From Anthoceros angustus (lineage: Eukaryota; Plantae; Anthocerotophyta): a stretch of 64,000 nt of DNA. The stretch is taken from positions 1 through 64,000 of the forward strand of contig MU008202.1 in assembly GCA_010909165.1 (NCBI GenBank). Reading direction: 5' to 3'. The notes under the pieces were generated by a model. It ran no database searches, was not told the DNA's origin, and saw only the letters and a program-made list of their open reading frames with translations. Position numbers and translations under genes: made by a program. Positions within the stretch are counted from its first letter, which is position 1; the number at the start of each line of letters is the position of its first letter. Shown in pieces: positions 62,013 through 64,000 of the stretch.

Positions 62013-63375
62013 ATGAGTCGTGGGACTGGAGCTGGGTACGATCGCCATATCACCGTCTTCTCCCCAGAAGGGCGGCTCTTCCAGGTGGAGTATGCCTTCA
62101 AAGCCGTGAAAGCAGCTGGTATCACTTCAATTGGAGTCCGTGGGGCGGACTCTGTTTGTGTTGTCACGCAGAAGAAAGTTCCGGTATGCAATTGCAGACT
62201 CCATTGAGAGATATTAGGGTTTCACGTCCTGCTGCACGATGTTTTGCCTCAGATGATGGTTTTGCTTACTTTTAGGACAAACTTTTGGATCAAACTAGCG
62301 TCACTCACCTTTTTTCGATTACCAAAACCATTGGCCTGTTGGCCACTGGAATGCAAGGTCAGATTCAGTATCTTCTTTTGAAATTGATCAAGGCTTGGGT
62401 CCATTTTCTGCATAATACATCCTGACCGTTGTTTGTGTGCATTGCCTGGCAGCGGATTCCTGTTCTTTGGTGCAACATGCACGGAATGAGGCTGCGGAAT
62501 TTCGTTTTAAGATGGGCTACGAAATACCCGTCAACTATCTTGCCAGCACGTGCGGAAGCTCTTTTCTCTCTGTCTCGTTATCAATTGTTTGAAGTCAGCA
62601 AGGAAACTGCCATGAATTCTTGATCATGTGGAAAACATGCAACAGGCTGGCAGACAAGTCACAGGTGTACACTCAGCATGCCTACATGAGGCCTTTGGGA
62701 GTGGGTATGAATTCTGGGACCCTGTCTGAAGTTCTTGGAATCGCCATAGTTTTCCACTTTTCTGCCATTGAGGGGTGCTGTTCATGTGCTCCGTCTTGTT
62801 TGTGGCAGCTGCTATGGTACTCGGCATCGATGATGAACTGGGTCCTCAGCTTTTTAAGTGTGATCCTGCTGGCTATTTCGTTGGCTACAAGGTTAGGTGC
62901 TGCCACCCACTTGCTGCACGAGCAAGTGACAGTGACTCCCATACAGGACTGATACCGGGAAGTTGATACCTGTTTTAGGCAACAAGCGCCGGTCTCAAGG
63001 AGCAGGAAGCTGTCAATTTTTTGGAGAAGAAAATGAAAACCAATCCACAGCTAACCTACGAGGAAACTGTCCAGGTATGGTGTGATTTGCGTTCTTACAG
63101 TATTGGCAACCTTACTTTGACACCCTCTTCTGGTTTGCAGACAGCGATTTCTGCACTGCAGTCAATTCTTTTGGAGGATTTCAAGCCCACCGAAATTGAG
63201 GTGAGACCTATAACGTCACCCGCGTTTGCAAATCCAGAAAGGGGGATCAGGACAATGCCTGAGCTTGAACGATTCTTTACAGGTTGGTGTTGTCAAGAAG
63301 GATCATCCAGCTTTCCGAGTTTTGACCACTGAGGAGATTGACGAGCATTTGACAGCCATTAGTGAAAGAGACTGA
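62013..63375 (+). CDS. PAA1: 20S proteasome subunit alpha type-6 (alpha1)
   Basis: [31 protein letters not shown], '[11 protein letters not shown]', '[13 protein letters not shown]', C-terminal 'HLTAISERD'. Confidence 0.97.
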
Positions 63376-63641
63376 GCTTTTTACACTGTAATTCTTCCTT
63401 CATAATTTTCAATCCAATCCGGGGGTTCTCTTCAATCCGGGGGTTTTGAGCTTCGTAGTCAAAGCTTGGTAGCCTGAACAAAGCACTGTCGTCAGAACTT
63501 ATTATCATGAGACACTACAGACTAGGGAAGTTCGCGTGATTGGTAGATCTAGGCATCAAGCTAAAGACTGAGCAACCATCCTGGCAAGTCAAGCTCATTT
63601 ACATAAACAAATAGTATCCTCTACTAAAACTACACGCTAGC

Positions 63642-63752
63642 AACGGGAACGGGAACGGGAAAGCGAACGGGAAAGGGAACGGGAACGGGAACGGGAACGG
63701 GAAAGGGAACGGGAACGGGAACGGGAAAGGGAACGGGAACGGGAACGGGAAA
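63642..63752 (+). repeat. (GGGAAC/GGGAAA)n microsatellite
   Basis: About 18 GGG tracts with 2-3 nt spacers. Confidence 0.95.
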
Positions 63753-64000
63753 GCCTTCCCCCTATGTGCGGTCTCGGGCTACTCCAACCTCGTACAGGTA
63801 CTCCACAAACTCATCGATCAAATAAGGCCAAGCTCCTTCAGCGTCATAATTCGATAAGGAAGGATCTATAGTCTGCAGCAGAGTAGGAACCAGTCACAAT
63901 CGCGCACCTACGCAAGAGCAGGTACAAACCAACCAAGATAAAAGGGGCTTACCCTAGAGAATTCCAGAAGCTGTGACCACGTATCCTTCGAGATAGCTTT

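Overview
Eukaryotic nuclear DNA from a compact-genome, seed-free land plant. The inference is hornwort- or lycophyte-like, based on short GT-AG introns, many PLS-PPR copies and a PG-box 'SWW' PPR variant; the species cannot be fixed from sequence alone. 0.4-8 kb: decayed PPR-gene fragments interleaved with a tandem array of six units. Each unit has a plant snRNA-type USE on the minus strand, and five add a TATA-like box about 29-35 bp away, a variable stem-loop, an Sm-type site (AAUUUUGR) and a conserved 3' hairpin. These look like ~90-nt Sm-class RNA genes that do not match U1/U2/U4/U5/U11/U12 as I know them, and they are the best candidate for an undescribed system here. 8-16 kb: degenerate transposon remnants. 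18-64 kb, gene-dense: MsrB, LIP1-type lipase, an unannotated spliced gene, a PLS-E+ PPR with a truncated DYW domain, five ASR/ABA-WDS-family genes with very different repeat-rich N-termini, OGDH E1, RPS8, tRNA-Ser(GCT) plus a pseudogenised copy, an SMP/LEA gene, a GT61/DUF563 glycosyltransferase, a PHP-domain phosphatase, a small unknown protein and proteasome alpha-6. CDS coordinates for spliced genes span start to stop, introns included. No database searches or folding computations were run.
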